From Octopus sinensis (Eukaryota), in the NCBI RefSeq assembly GCF_006345805.1, contig NC_043011.1, positions 34,298,464-34,362,463 of the forward strand: a stretch of 64,000 nt of DNA, written 5' to 3'. A program made the position numbers and the translations under genes. How positions within the stretch are numbered: position 1 is the first letter of the stretch; the number at the start of each line of letters is the position of its first letter. The notes under the pieces are model-generated. The model had not been told where the DNA came from. It searched no databases and was given only the letters and a program-made list of their open reading frames with translations. Shown piece by piece: positions 28,288 to 42,501 of this stretch.

Positions 28288-29590
28288 CTGTTTCTGTTCC
28301 CAGGAAACCTAGAAACCCTTCGAATTACATCTATTTTCTGTTCTCAGTGAGTTTTCATATACGTCGTTCCTTTTTCTGTTCCCAGGAAACCTTGAAACCC
28401 TTCGAATTACATCTATTTTCTGTTCTCAGTGAGTTTTCATATACGTCGTTCCTTTTTCTGTTCCCAGGAAACCTTGAAACCTTCGAATTACATCTATTTT
28501 CTGTTCTCAGTGAGTTTTCATATACGTCGTTCCTTTTTCTGTTCCCAGGAAACCTTGAAACCCTTCGAATTACATCTATTTTCTGTTCTCAGTGAGTTCA
28601 TATACGTCGTTCCTTTTTCTGTTCCCAGGAAACCTTGAAACCCTTCGAATTACATCTATTTTCTGTTCTCAGTGAGTTTTCATATACGTCGTTCCTTTTT
28701 CTGTTCCCAGGAAACCTTGAAACCCTTCGAATTACATCTATTTTCTGTTCTCAGTGAGTTTTTCATATCGTCGTTCCTTTTTCTGTTCCCAGGAAACCTT
28801 GAAACCCTTCGAATTACATCTATTTTCTGTTCTCAGTGAGTTTTCATATACGTCGTTCCTTTTTCTGTTCCCAGGAAACCTTGAAACCCTTCGAATTACA
28901 TCTATTTTCTGTTCTCAGTGAGTTTTCATATACGTCGTTCCTTTTTCTGTTCCCAGGAAACCTTGAAACCCTTCGAATTACATCTATTTTCTGTTCTCAG
29001 TGAGTTTTCATATACGTCGTTCCTTTTTCTGTTCCCAGGAAACCTTGAAACCCTTCGAATTACATCTATTTTCTGTTCTCAGTGAGTTTTCATATACGTC
29101 GTTCCTTTTTCTGTTCCCAGGAAACCTTGAAACCCTTCGAATTACATCTATTTTCTGTTCTCAGTGAGTTTTCATATACGTCGTTCCTTTTTCTGTTCCA
29201 GGAAACCTTGAAACCCTTCGAATTACATCTATTTTCTGTTCTCAGTGAGTTTTCATATACGTCGTTCCTTTTTCTGTTCCCAGGAAACCTTGAAACCCTT
29301 CGAATTACATCTATTTTCTGTTCTCAGTGAGTTTTCATATACGTCGTTCCTTTTTCTGTTCCCAGAAACCTTGAAACCCTTCGAATTACATCTATTTTCT
29401 GTTCTCAGTGAGTTTTCATATACGTCGTTCCTTTTTCTGTTCCCAGGAAACCTTGAAACCCTTCGAATTACATCTATTTTCTGTTCTCAGTGAGTTTTCA
29501 TATACGTCGTTCCTTTTTCTGTTCCCAGGAAACCTTGAAACCCTTCGAATTACATCTATTTTCTGTTCTCAGTGAGTTTTCATATACGTC
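28288..29590. repeat. Minisatellite, 16 copies of an 82-bp unit
   Basis: CGAATTAC recurs at 28321, 28403, 28484 ... 29546; copies differ almost only by 1-2-bp indels. Confidence 0.98.
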
Positions 29591-29949
29591 CTTCCTGCTG
29601 CAAGCCTTTTTTCTTTATAGCTGCCATTTACAAAATTTAAACGACGCTGAGCTAAGAGAAATAACTCAGTGATATGTATTTGAACAGTATAGACAAACAC
29701 AGGTATTTCAACTACTATACTACATGAATTCTTGATTTATTGAATTTATCTCCGCCTCTTGAGGGCATATCATAATTATCAAGTGGTAAATTAGACCAAC
29801 TGGAATTAAGAAGGCGAGATTTAAAAAAAAGCCCTTCGGTCATGACGGACCATGGGATTGTGCGGGACAGACTGTGTGGTGTGTATGTGAATTGCTTTTG
29901 TTAGTGTGTGTGATGAGTCAGAGAGAGTTATGTTGCTGGTGTGTGTGTA

Positions 29950-29998
<49 letters not shown>

Positions 29999-30577
29999 TA
30001 ACTGAAATTTTTTTTTCACTTTTTGTAGTGAGTAAATGTGTGAGTGACTGACAGAAAAAGCGAGAGAGAGAGACGTTATGCATATATGTAAGTATGAATG
30101 GCTTCAGTGACACACACAGACGCACGCAGGTTGTTATGTATGTATGTATACATAGATGTATGTATCTATGTATGACTGAGAGAGAGTTAACTGAATTTTT
30201 TTTAATCACTTTTTGTAGTGAGTGAATGTGTGAATGACTAACAGAGAAAAGGAAAGAGAGGTTATGTATGTATGTATGTATGTATGGCTTTGGCTGACTG
30301 TCATCCTGTACTCCCCTTGTTGCTAGCGAAATGGTATATGCCGGCTGTGTGAGCAACTGGTTGTTTTAATGGCGGAACAAACAGGGGGAATTCCATTAGA
30401 AACAGTTTTAATCGATTTTCTCGGTAACTATGGGGGCTAGAAAAAAATACAAAACGCATTCCAATCTATGCACCCGTCTCCACATTTGTGCCATTTTTCA
30501 CGCGAATCCCCCCAGCCATTTGGCTGTGAACCTCAAAACAAGAAAGAATACAACGATTGCCCACGTCCAATTTACAT

Positions 30578-30643
<66 letters not shown>

Positions 30644-30838
30644 ATATATATACGTTATTAGTTACTCTAACTTTCTTCAGTACTTTCTCGAAAGCCCCTC
30701 GGTTTATCGTATACATACACACACACACACTCGAAGCTCCTTGTTAGATAGAGCACGCATCTAACAAAGCTCTCTCTCCCACTTCATGACTATATAAAGT
30801 GAAACATAATAGAAGGAAGATAACCAGAAGAGAGAGAA

Positions 30839-30888
<50 letters not shown>

Positions 30889-31839
30889 TGTGACAGACAG
30901 GCAGACAGAATAAAAGAGAAAAAAGAATTTAAATCCTGCGCATGTTCTTATCGTAATGTCATACAGATCCTTGAAATTGTGACAGTTTTATTTAAGTAAG
31001 AGCGAATAACAACATAGGAAAGCAAAAAGAAAGTCGCGTTTGAAAATGACACCTACCGACCATATATATATGTGCGTGTGGATGCGTGTGTGTACATACA
31101 CACACAAACACACACACAAAGCTTTTGCTATTTTATCATACTTTTCAAAACGAAATTAAATAGATGTAGCTGTGTATATCTCTCCGTGTTCGTGGTGTTA
31201 TATAAGTTTATTCTGAAGAGAGTAAATTCAAACAAATCTACCCTACCCTAGACTCTTTGCGTGCCACCCTCCGTCCCTTTATATATACCTTTTCTCTCCT
31301 CACCAGGTTCAAACCTTATCAGGCAAGCAAGCACTCTGAAGTTGTAGGTTTCTTTCTGTTTAAGCTCCACCTTCCACCAATAACTTCAATGCGCACACGT
31401 CTTTATCTTTTATCTTCTACTTACGTCCCTGTAACTTAGCGGTGCGGCAAATGAAGCTCGTAGAATAAGTACCAGACTTGAAAAACTGAAATATGTGCTG
31501 GGATCAATTTGTTTGACTAAACCTTTTAAAGTGGTGCTCCAGCACGGCCGCCATCCAATGACTGGAACAAGTAAAAGATCAGAGAACGATTAACAAAGCA
31601 ATCTGTCGCCCTCCATCCACTTTTTCAATTCTTACAGCCTCCTCCCTGTGGGGACTTAGGGCCCTCGCTCTGTGAGAAACTCTGGGTCAGCAGGTGCAGA
31701 TACGGAACGGTATATAGTAAAGTTTGAATGAATTGATGAGAAAAGGGATCTGGCGTTTTAGGGCTGACAATTTGACTGATGTTTTCAAGTTTACTTATTT
31801 TGCTTACTGGTTAATCCAGCGCTGGTTGGAGCGCAAAAT

Positions 31840-32100
31840 ATACTCTGAGACTATTACTAGAAGGTAATCAATACGTTATGCTGGGTACTGCTGGAGAAGT
31901 AAGTATGAAATATCCAGTGATCTCCTCTCGAAACCCACGCCTGGACATACAGGTATCGGCAGATCGAGAGGAACATGCGTCGATCAGTTTGTAAAAGATA
32001 CTGGATATGAAGTTGAGAATATGAAGACAGCTATGGAAGATCGAGATATCAGGCGTGGAAGGGTTGCATTGATCTAGACAAGTCGCCTTACCAGATAGCC
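31840..32100 (+). pseudogene. RTE-clade LINE 3' coding remnant
   Basis: Reads RYAGYCWRSKYEISSDLLSKPTPGHTGIGRSRGTCVDQFVKDTG..AMEDRDIRR, resembling RTE ORF C-termini. Confidence 0.65.
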
Positions 32101-33041
32101 ATATAGATAGATAGATAGATGGATGGATGGAGGGACGGACGGGTGGGTGGGTGGATAAACTGCTTGATTGGATGACTTACAACAAACTGTTTTAATAACA
32201 TCAAGGACTGGACTAAGTTGTTATAGCGAATGTCTAAGAATGGTTTCAAATTTTAGCACAAGGCCAGCAATTTCGGGGGAGGGGGTTCGATTACATCGTC
32301 CGTCGATCGTCGATGAATGTATCAGAATGCAAGGAACAAGACCCGAATGGGGATCCTTGATATTGAGTCTTCTGATAACACCTAATGATAATGGTCATTT
32401 TGACTAGCCACGGGCAACCTGCGGTCTGCGAGACTTTCTGAATGACGCGCCTAACGAAAATTTACCTTGAATCTTTTAAAAGTACTGCAAGCCTGCCATA
32501 TGCTGAACTATGTCTCATGCGGCCCGTTTTGGGGACGGTGGGGGGGGGGGGGTGGACAAGTTTCCTTATACCTGATTTAGTGTTACTGCGAATACTAACA
32601 AGATGAGAGTGAGAATAGACGTGTAAACATACGAAATGGGAATCTAAGTAACGAGGGAAAAACATGTAGCGTGATGAAGATTACGAATTCGCTTTTTGTA
32701 TTGTAAACATAAAGTTCAGTCTATGAATATGGGAGGGGAATAGTGAATGTGAGGGCATGGGTGAGTAATTAGAGGTCGGAGGACACAGGTGTCAAAGTTT
32801 AGTGTGTTCGTGATGTGAGGGAGTGAAGGAGGAATAGGGAAAAAAAATAATTGTGTGACTTTTACAGGTAAGGGGGTAAATAATACACAAGTGACAAGGT
32901 TCAGATTTTGTACGTGTGGGAAAAAAAACGGAACATAATTGTATACGTGTCTATGCAATGGATCGGTGGTAGCCGGACTGAAATGAGGGTGGGGGATCAT
33001 GAAGCGAATGCTTAATGATTATTTATCAATATATATATATA

Positions 33042-33270
33042 TAGGGTTGACCAAAAGTCACTTGACAGTAAATTAGAACCATTCAATTCCGAGATTTATG
33101 TTTAACAACTGAATGAATTTAATAAAAGCATCTAAATATGAAACATCATGAAAATAGTTCAAACTGAAGTCCTTCTTGAGCGACACATTTTCCCATTCGA
33201 GTCAATACAGAATTACAGATAGTATCTATGGAATTTTGATTTGCTGTCGGGTAACATTTGGCCAACCCTA
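33042..33270. mobile_element. Tc1/mariner-type MITE
   Basis: TA-flanked TIRs TAGGGTTGACCAAAAGTCAC / GTAACATTTGGCCAACCCTA. Confidence 0.75.
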
Positions 33271-33368
33271 TATATATATATATATATGCATGTGTGCATT
33301 TGTTATATACATGTGTACGTATACATATATTCATGAGAGAGAATATATTTAATATATATATTAAATTT

Positions 33369-33779
33369 GGATCTTTTAGGGAAGAACGGCAGTCTTTTCT
33401 AACGGTGTCATATGAAATTGTCACCCATAATTATGACCCTAGTATCGATCTATTGCATTTCAATCTGTTTTAGGGTTAGGGGTGGGGGAAAGGGTATCTT
33501 TTTTTTCTTCAGAAATGTAAATAAACCCAATCTGTTTCTTAAACGAGGGACATATTCATACGGCACAGCATGTTTTCACGTCAATAGACGCCATTGATTG
33601 GTTGAAATTGCAGAAATTGAAGAAAAAAACAACAAATATCTTACAAACTATAGAATTTTCTCAATAAAGCCAAGAGAAAAAGATGTTTTATAAACACATT
33701 CTACTAGTGTACGAAGTTTAAAAGTGTTTAGTTACGAGGAAATTATTTTAAAAAACTGCCGTTCAAACCGAAAAGATCC
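33369..33779 (+). mobile_element. Merlin-type MITE family A
   Basis: GGATC..GATCC TIRs; 8-bp TSD TTAAATTT/TTAAATTC. Confidence 0.9.
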
Positions 33780-34169
33780 TTAAATTCTGATATAATGGTA
33801 ATCTAAAGACTCTGAAAGGTATTTATAGAAAATTTCATTGAAAAAATTTTAGTGAACCTCATCCTGAACACTTGCGTCGGATGAGCTTCTCCAAAACTGG
33901 AATCAGTTTCACTAAAATGAAAAATATGTTGAAGGAGTGTATAGGAAGGTGGCGATGAGTCGATATAATATTACTTGTGTCTTATATATTCATTTATGTT
34001 TTCAAGTATCTTAACCAGAACAGTGTCTCTATAATACAGAGCATTGTTGGTTGTTGTTTTTACAGAATGACCATTTCCTTTTAGAAAGATTCTTTCTTAC
34101 ATTATACGGTCGAACAGGGAATAGTTTCTTGTGGAGGAATATAAGCCTGCACTTGTTTAGTATATCCTG

Positions 34170-34202
<33 letters not shown>

Positions 34203-34689
34203 CCTTACTTTTCTTTCTCTCGCATACATATACTCCTCCTACGCATGCAACCACACTCCCACCTCCTACACATTTACATCCTCCTCCCCCCACACACATA
34301 CTTCCGCCTTCTGTGTTAATCTTACTCCTACATACTCCCACCTTCTATGCCGCTCTCTTTCTCGCTCAGTCTATTTTTTTTATACGTTATTGTCATTTAC
34401 TGACATTTTCGTTTTTCTTTTCCAATTTTATCGTCTTCATTGCCTCCTTGGTCGCTTAATCAGTTATTAAATTAACTGTAAAATATGTGACAAGATTAAA
34501 AAAAACTTTGTGTAAAATTAGGGAAATGTATATCCAGAAAATAATTAATAATTAAATTGAAAGAATGAGATCACAAGTTGGGCGTTTGAAAGGTGAGATT
34601 ATTTATAAAATGTACATGAAAAGCCATAGATGAAAAGTTTAATAACGAGTGTACGATGTACAATATATATATACATAGACATACACACA

Positions 34690-34742
<53 letters not shown>

Positions 34743-34828
34743 TCCAGTAAAAGAAGTCACATGAAAAAAAGTTACTAGGGTTTTGTCCGGGAAGCGGGGT
34801 CCGGATCCCACTAATTAATTCTGACTTT

Positions 34829-35268
34829 AGATCTTTTCGGTTTGAACGGCAGTTTTTATAGCAGTGTCATATGAAATTGTCACCCATAATTATGACCCTA
34901 GTATCGATCTATTGCATTTCAATCTGTTTTAGGGTTAGGGTTAATTAAGGTTAGTTAGGGTTAGGGGTGGGGAGAAGGGTATCTTTTTTTCTTCAGAAAT
35001 GTAAATAAACCCAATCTGTTTCTTAAACGAGGGACATATTCATACGGCACAGAATGTTTTTTTTACCTCAATAGACGGTCAGTGATTGGTTGAAATTGCA
35101 GAAATTGAAGAAAAAAAAACAACAAATATCTTTCAAACTATAGAATTTTCTCAATAAAGCCAAGAGAAAAAGAAGTTTTATAAACACATTCTAACAGTAT
35201 ACGAAGTTTAAAATTTTTTAGTTACCTAAAAATTATGTTAAAAACTGCCGTTCAAACCGAAAAGATCC
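34829..35268 (+). mobile_element. Merlin-type MITE family A
   Basis: ~30-bp TIRs; TSD CTGACTTT/CTGTCTTT; internal TTAGGG run. Confidence 0.9.
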
Positions 35269-36299
35269 CTGTCTTTTCTCCTGTGACTTTACTACCGGTC
35301 ACCATGTCTGGTATATATAAATGGCTGTATGTGTATGTATAATGACTAATGCATACATTTCCACAATTCTCGACCGATTTTCTCCAAACTATACAAACAT
35401 AGTAATGTCCCTAGGATGGTCATGCGCTATAACATTTTGTCCACAACTCCCGCCTAAATGGACGTAAATCGACATAGTTTGTTGTATGTAGGGTCTTCCA
35501 TACTTTTTCAATCTTTTTAGAAAAGTGAAAGGATTTTGTCTATTTATTTCGACTGGCCACCTGCGCGGTGACCCAGTCAGGAAACAGGATTTGGAAGCTG
35601 TTATTTTGTTTTCATGTAAATAAATGTTTATGTTAATTTCAAAGATTTATCCCCAAAATCTTATTTAGCTGTTATTTTTAGCACAACACATGTCTCCTGT
35701 AATTTTCTTTCATGTAAATAAATGTTTATGTTAATGTAAAAGATTTTCCAAATTTGTTGCATGTACACAATTTTTTTGTATGTGGGGTCTTCTATACTTT
35801 TTAAATCTATATCGTCGTATATTGGCATTAGAGAATATTTTTGACAGATTAAATTGACTAAGCTGCATTAAACTTTGGCAAGCTTACCTTTACCTATTCT
35901 GAGTTACTTGAAAGGTGATGTTCTCTTCCCTCTCTTATATTTGTTAATACCTTTGTTTACCTACCAATGCGTTTTTCACTTAAAGGATGCTTATTTGCCC
36001 ATCCATTATGATATTTCGACTGTTGTCCATTGTTTCAAATATGTTTTAGCATTGAGGTGCTAGCCATTTTAAACAATCACATATGATTGGTCCCAAAGAA
36101 TCAACCTTTAAATAAGAGTTTTGCTACCACTAGCGAAAGCTTATACGTATCTTTCAGAAAGCTCCATACCAATTTCACTTTATGCGCAGGCTATGTGGGA
36201 AAACAGAATAAAGGGGCTTTTGCTAGCTTATAATAGAATCGATAATCACTTGGTACACTAAAACCCATTTTCCGTTTCCAAATAATACAAGCATGCCAC

Positions 36300-37000
36300 C
36301 TAAAAAGAGAACGCATTGACAGAAAGTCTTCTGCAACGGCAAGACAGCAGCGTTGGCAGGCTAAGGAAACTGAGGACCAGAGGTCCAGTAGACCGTTGGG
36401 ATCTTTACCTTTTGACCCATTTAAAAAATAATTTTTTGTAACTAAACACTTTCAAACTTCGAACACTGGTTTGTTACTGTTATTTATGACAACCCTAACA
36501 CCTTAAAACCAGTACAAACGCACGAACGATGTCATAAATAACAGTGACAAATGAAAAATACACCGCCGATAGTTGTTGTTGACAAACAACGGCAGTAATT
36601 TTATTCAGCTGAATACACGTCATTGATTGGTTGAAATTACCGAAATACGAGAACTTTGACGTGAAATAACTTCGTAAATATAAGTTTTTCTCAAAAATGC
36701 TAAGAGTAAAAGATATTTTATATGACACATTCTACCAGTGTCCGAAGTTTGAAAGTGTTTAGTTACAAAAAAATATTTTTTAAATCTGTAGGTCAAAATG
36801 GTAAAGATCCGACTGTAGAAAAGAACTGCCGCTGCTAGAGCTGCAACTACTCAAGAGTAGGGTGAAATCAGTCGAGTGCGTGCTGCTGACGCAAGGGCCG
36901 CAGACACCCCACGAAAGAGTGCTATCCGTCGGGCACGCAACGCTGTAACCACTTCTGCCGTAAGGTTGGCAGATGACATTTGTGGACCGGTTTCTGGGTT
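36300..37000 (+). pseudogene. Probable Helitron Rep N-terminal remnant split by a MITE
   Basis: Removing the MITE gives RQQRWQAKETEDQRSSR..RTAAARAATTQE*GEISRVRAADARAA, resembling Helitron R/E/A-rich N-terminal repeats. Confidence 0.5.
36399..36810. mobile_element. Merlin-type MITE family B
   Basis: TIRs GGATCTTTACCTTTTGACC / GGTCAAAATGGTAAAGATCC; decayed TSD GACCGTTG/GACTGTAG. Confidence 0.85.
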
Positions 37001-37024
37001 ATTGCTCTTTATCAACACAGAGTA

Positions 37025-37237
37025 GCAGTAATTTTATTCAGCTGAATACACGTCATTGATTGGTTGAAATTACCGCAATACTTTAACAAAAAATAACTTC
37101 CAAAATACAGAATTTTCTCAACAACGCCAAGAGTAAAAGATGTTTTATGTGACACATTCTACCAGTATACGAAGTTTGAAAGTGTTTAGTTACAAAAAAT
37201 TATTTTTAAAAATCTGTCGGTCAAAAGGTAAAGATCT
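37025..37237. mobile_element. MITE family B, right half
   Basis: Matches 36595-36810. Confidence 0.8.
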
Positions 37238-37745
37238 CAGCTGCAAATATACCACGTGCACTGACCCCCATAATCCTCACACTTGCAACATCTGCTGGCT
37301 TCGCAACTCGTTGGCGGGACTCAAATGTCATATTCGATATAAGCGTTATGACTGAGAAAGAAAATGTAGGCTGTCTGATCCTCATACGTCGAAACCAACG
37401 AGAGCATTCATGCATGCATACATTTACATGTTAGATTCAATCCATGGGTGGTAGACTTAACTTTTCAGTAATGTTAAACCGTAGCTCGATTTAATATCTG
37501 CTTCTTGGATGCCGTTGGCAGAGTTTACTCTGTTTCAAGCATCTATATGTCGCGGATCTCGTCACAGAATAACTTCTATTTTTCCGTCCTTCCTTCCTCC
37601 AATCTTTTCTTTACTTCATTGACTCTTCTTTCCAGCGTTATTCTTAAATTCATTATTTTACGATGTTTGTTTCTTTTTCTATCTTCCCCCACCATTTACC
37701 TTTCGCCCTCCCATTTCATTTCTCTCGTTCACACACACACACACA

Positions 37746-37793
<48 letters not shown>

Positions 37794-38590
37794 TCACTCT
37801 TAAGTTAAGAAGTTTGCTTCTCAAACACATGGTTCCGGGTTCAGTCCCACTGCGTGGCAGTATGGGCAAACTGTCTCCTACCAAAGCCTTGTGAATAGAT
37901 TTGATAAACTCTATGACAGCCCGACGTATGTGTGTGTTTGTGCATGTGTCTCTGCTCCTCTACGCGTGCTTGACATCCGATGTTGTTTTGTCTACATCCT
38001 CGTAACTTTGCTGTTGGGAAAAAGAGACCGATAAGCATAAGTACCAGGCTTTGTCCGTTCGTGGCAATGCCCCAGCATGATCGTCGTCCAGTGTCTGAAA
38101 CAAGTTAAAAGATAAAGGAAAACAATAAGTCAACGATTAATTAATTCATTCATTCTGAGTTTAGACCTCCACCACCACCATCATCATCTCCCATCACATA
38201 AATTCTCTCCACTCCGTAATTTTTCCCTAAAAATATCAACTCGAACAAAAAGGCTCATAAACAAAATAAAGAATAAAGTAAAAATAAGTCAACAAGTTGA
38301 AGAAGGTTAAATATCTGAATAGATTATTGTAGTTGGTGTGATTCCTTTAAACCCCTCCCACCTCTCTTTCTCTCCCTCTCTCAAAACTTTATATCTCTCC
38401 CTCACTTTCTCTTTCAACGTTTCGCAATTTCAGTATTCTTATCTCCTCTCTATCCTGTTACTTGTCTCAGTATATATATACACACACAGACACACGTACA
38501 TAGATACATGTAGACAGATGTCTCTTTCTCTCTCTTTATATATAAGATATACATGTATATATATGTATAAAATTTACATGTGTATATGTT

Positions 38591-38630
<40 letters not shown>

Positions 38631-39243
38631 TTACATTTGTATATCAGTCTCATTATTTCTTTCTGTATCGCTCACTGTCTGTCTGTCTGTCTCTCGCTCT
38701 CTGTCTGTCTGTCTCTCTCTGTCTGTCTCTCTCTGTCTGTCTCTCTGTCTCTCTGTCTCTCTCTGTCTGTCTGTCTGTCTCTCTGTCTGTCTGTCTCTCT
38801 GTCTGTCTGTCTCTCACTCTGTCTCCCCCCAGCGCCTTTCTTTTCCTACACAAATTTTCTTATCGCAATCTCCACCACCATTTTATCTCTCCACGGTTTT
38901 CTGCTTCTTTTTTTGTTTTTCTGGATAAACATTGTTTTATTTTATTTTATTTCATTTCATTTCATCTTATTTTTCCTTTCATTTTTTATTATTTTTTTTT
39001 TATTCTGTACAGAATTTTTATACTTGTTTGACTTTACGTTCGACATGAAGTGTTTCCTTCAGAGTTACTGAGGAGACTGTTTGTAATGGGGCAACCACAA
39101 AACATCACACACTTATACATACACTCTCTCTCTCTCTCTCTCTCTCTCACGCATATATACACACGTATTTATACAAGTACCACACACGCAAATGCATCTG
39201 CACATACACATTCATGTTATGCGTAGGTGTGATTATACGGAGT

Positions 39244-39632
39244 TGTGGAAGCACTCCGTCGGTTACGACGACGAGGGATTCCGGTTGATCCAATCAACGG
39301 AACAGCCTGCTCGTGAAATTAACGTGTAAGTGGCTGAGCACTCCACAGACACGTGTACCCTTAACGTAGTTCTCGGGGTGATTCAGCGTGATACAGAGAG
39401 TGACAAGGCCGGCCCTTTGAAATACAGGTACAACAGAAACAGGAAGTAAGAGTGAGAGAAAGTTGTGGTGAAAGAGTACAGCAGGGATCACCACCATCCC
39501 CTGCCGGAGCCTTGTGGAGCTTTTTAGGTGTTTTCGCTCAATAAACACTCACAACGCCCGGTCTGGGAATCGAAACCGCGATCCTATGACCGCGAGTCCG
39601 CTGCCCTAACCACTAGGCCATTGCGCCTCCAC
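39244..39632 (-). mobile_element. SINE family 3 (OR-like), full length
   Basis: Reverse complement of 63250-63637. Confidence 0.9.
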
Positions 39633-39860
39633 AAAAAAGTGTTTTGCCGAACCGCCAACGGAGTTGTACAAAGCGTACAAGAAAACGTAGACACACACAC
39701 ACACACACAAATACATACGTGTTTGTGCATGTGGATCGATATTACGATTGGCGGTTCGGCAAAACAGCCCGATAGAATCGGTACCAGGCCTTAAAAAAAT
39801 AAGTACCAGAGTCGATTCATTCAATTAAATTTAATCAAGGCGGTACCTCAGAATAACCTG

Positions 39861-40208
39861 GGATCTTTTCGGTTTGAACGGCAGTTTTTAACATAATTTC
39901 CACGTAACTAAACACTTTTAAACTTCGTATACTGGTAGAATGTGTTTATAAAACATCTTTTTCTATAGTTTGTAAGATATTTGTTGTTTTTTTCTTCAAT
40001 TTCTGCAATTTCAACCAATCAATGACGTCCATTGAGTTTAAAAAAACATTCTGAGACGTATGAATATGTCCCTCGTTTAAGAAACACCCCTAACCCTAAC
40101 TAACCCTAAAACATTGAAATGCAATAGATCGATACTAGGGTCATTATTATGGGTGACAATTTCATATGACACAGCTAGAAAAAACTGCCGTTCAAACCGA
40201 AAAGACCC
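39861..40208 (-). mobile_element. Merlin-type MITE family A, internally deleted
   Basis: Perfect 8-bp TSD ATAACCTG at 39853-39860 and 40209-40216. Confidence 0.92.
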
Positions 40209-40249
40209 ATAACCTGTCTTAATGACTGAGACAAACAAAAAATGTGAAA

Positions 40250-40551
40250 AGTGTGGAGGGAAGGGTATCTTTTTTTTCTTCACAAATGTAAATAAACCCA
40301 ATCTGTTTCTTAAACGAGGGACATATTCATACGGCACAGAATGCGTTTTAACTCAAAAGACGTCACTGATTGGTTGAAATTGCAGAAATTGAAGAAGTAA
40401 AACAACAAATATCTTACAAACTATAGAATTTTCTCAATAAAGCCAAGAGAAAATGATGTTTTATAAACACATTCTACCAGTATACAAAGTTTAAAATTTC
40501 TTTGTTACCTAGAAATTATGTTAAAAACTGCCGTTCAAACCGAAAACATCC
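40250..40551 (+). mobile_element. MITE family A, 5'-truncated
   Basis: Matches 34970-35268. Confidence 0.8.
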
Positions 40552-41139
40552 GAACGTAGTTTTATCAAAGTTTAAACTTATATTCAATTCGCTCAAGTAA
40601 TGTTTGCAAAAAAGACTTCAGTTGGCTTGGTAACATTTGAACATGCATAGACATAAGTACTTGATCTAATGGAACAAGTGCTAATAGCCTTTGTCTTTGA
40701 TGTTGCCTGAAATCGAAACTTTTGCGAGATTGAATTTTAACAACACGATAGCAGCCTTCAGCAAAAGGTTACGCTTCCATACTGTTACTCTATCTCTCCT
40801 GTCTAAAGAAAATATTGCAACTTGGAAAGATTAGTTATATCATGTAACCTAACGGCTCATTTCGACTAAAACAAAAAAGGTGTAAATAATTTTTTTTCTT
40901 TCTTTGTAATGTTGATATTTCTCTTGACAGAGTTGTTTACACTCCCGCAAATATTCTTTAATTCCAAATGATTTCATGTACCAAAGAATTTTCTTTTCTA
41001 CCTCGGCGGAATTTGTACTCAGGGTGTAAAGACGGACGAAATACCGCTAAGCATTCTACTAACGATTCTCCCAGCTTGCTGCCCTAATATTTCCAAAGGT
41101 ATTAAATCATAAAAAATATAAATGAAGTTTTTTAATCAA

Positions 41140-41500
41140 AGGCGCAGGAGTGGCTGTGTGGTAAGTAGCTTGCTAACCAACCACATGGTTCCGGGTTCAG
41201 TCCAACTGCGTGGCATCTTGGGCAAGTGTCTTCTTGGGCCGACCTGAAACTGAAAGAAGCCTGTCGTATATATGTACATATATGTATATGTGTGTGTTTG
41301 TGTGTCTGTGTTTGTCCCCCTAGCATTGCTTGACAAGCAATGCTGGTGTGTTTACGTCCCCGTCACTTAGCGGTTCGGCAAAAGAGACCGATAGAATAAG
41401 TACTGGGCTTACAAAGAATAAGTCCCGGGGTCGATTTGCTCGACTAAAGGCGGTGCTCCAGCATGGCCGCAGTCAAATGACTGAAACAAGTAAAAGAGTA
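41140..41500 (+). mobile_element. SINE family 1 with internal deletion
   Basis: Head and tail intact; the CCAAAGCC..GTAGACGG block is missing. Confidence 0.9.
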
Positions 41501-41757
41501 TCCAATGGTTATGATGATACCCCTCCCACCTCTTAAGTAAAATAGGAATCAAAAGGATTCATAGGCATTGATATAGTTTCAGGTCAGTTCTGATCGTTCG
41601 AAAACATTCCATTCATGACCATCACGTGTATTTTTGCATACATATTGTATAGCGGGGCGATGTGTCCTCTTTTAAAAACGATATGGTTAGATTTTTTGGT
41701 TGCTATTTTTATACCTAGTTCGTAACTACCAAGTCCGTGACTATGTAGAGGCTGCCC

Positions 41758-41797
<40 letters not shown>

Positions 41798-41811
41798 AGT
41801 GTGTGTGTGTG

Positions 41812-41851
<40 letters not shown>

Positions 41852-41985
41852 TGTACTTCCTAAACAAAGTTATTTACTGTACCTATCTGAATTGAAATCT
41901 GACCCCGAAACAAACAGGCCCAAAATTGAATAAGTGCGTGTGTGTGAGTGTGAATGTGTATATGAGAGTGCATATGTGTGTGTGT

Positions 41986-42038
<53 letters not shown>

Positions 42039-42393
42039 CAGCGACATACATTTATATACGCACAAACATACATGTACACGCAGCGATAGACATATACATA
42101 TATACTATATTTACATACATACACACACCACGAACACAAACTTTAAGTTAGCCCATATATGATAAGAAAACAGTGTCCAATGTTGGCGTTGTTTAAAAAA
42201 TGCTTCAGGAATGTTCTTTCCTCCCCTCCTTACACACCCATACACACATACTGTTAAAGTCTTTAAACAAGGGAATGGTAAAACCAGAGAAAGAGAATGA
42301 GTTCTTACTGCAGTGGTTTATTTGATAGTGAAACAAACTTTGGTGTTTTCAAGTAGCTTTTATCTTAGGACACATAGGTGTTATTGTACGTAT

Positions 42394-42501
<108 letters not shown>

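Noticed and set aside
28288-29590. 82-bp array as a CRISPR array or tandem ribozyme
   Set aside because: No variable spacers, no cas genes, eukaryotic context, and no CTGANGA/GAAA core on either strand.
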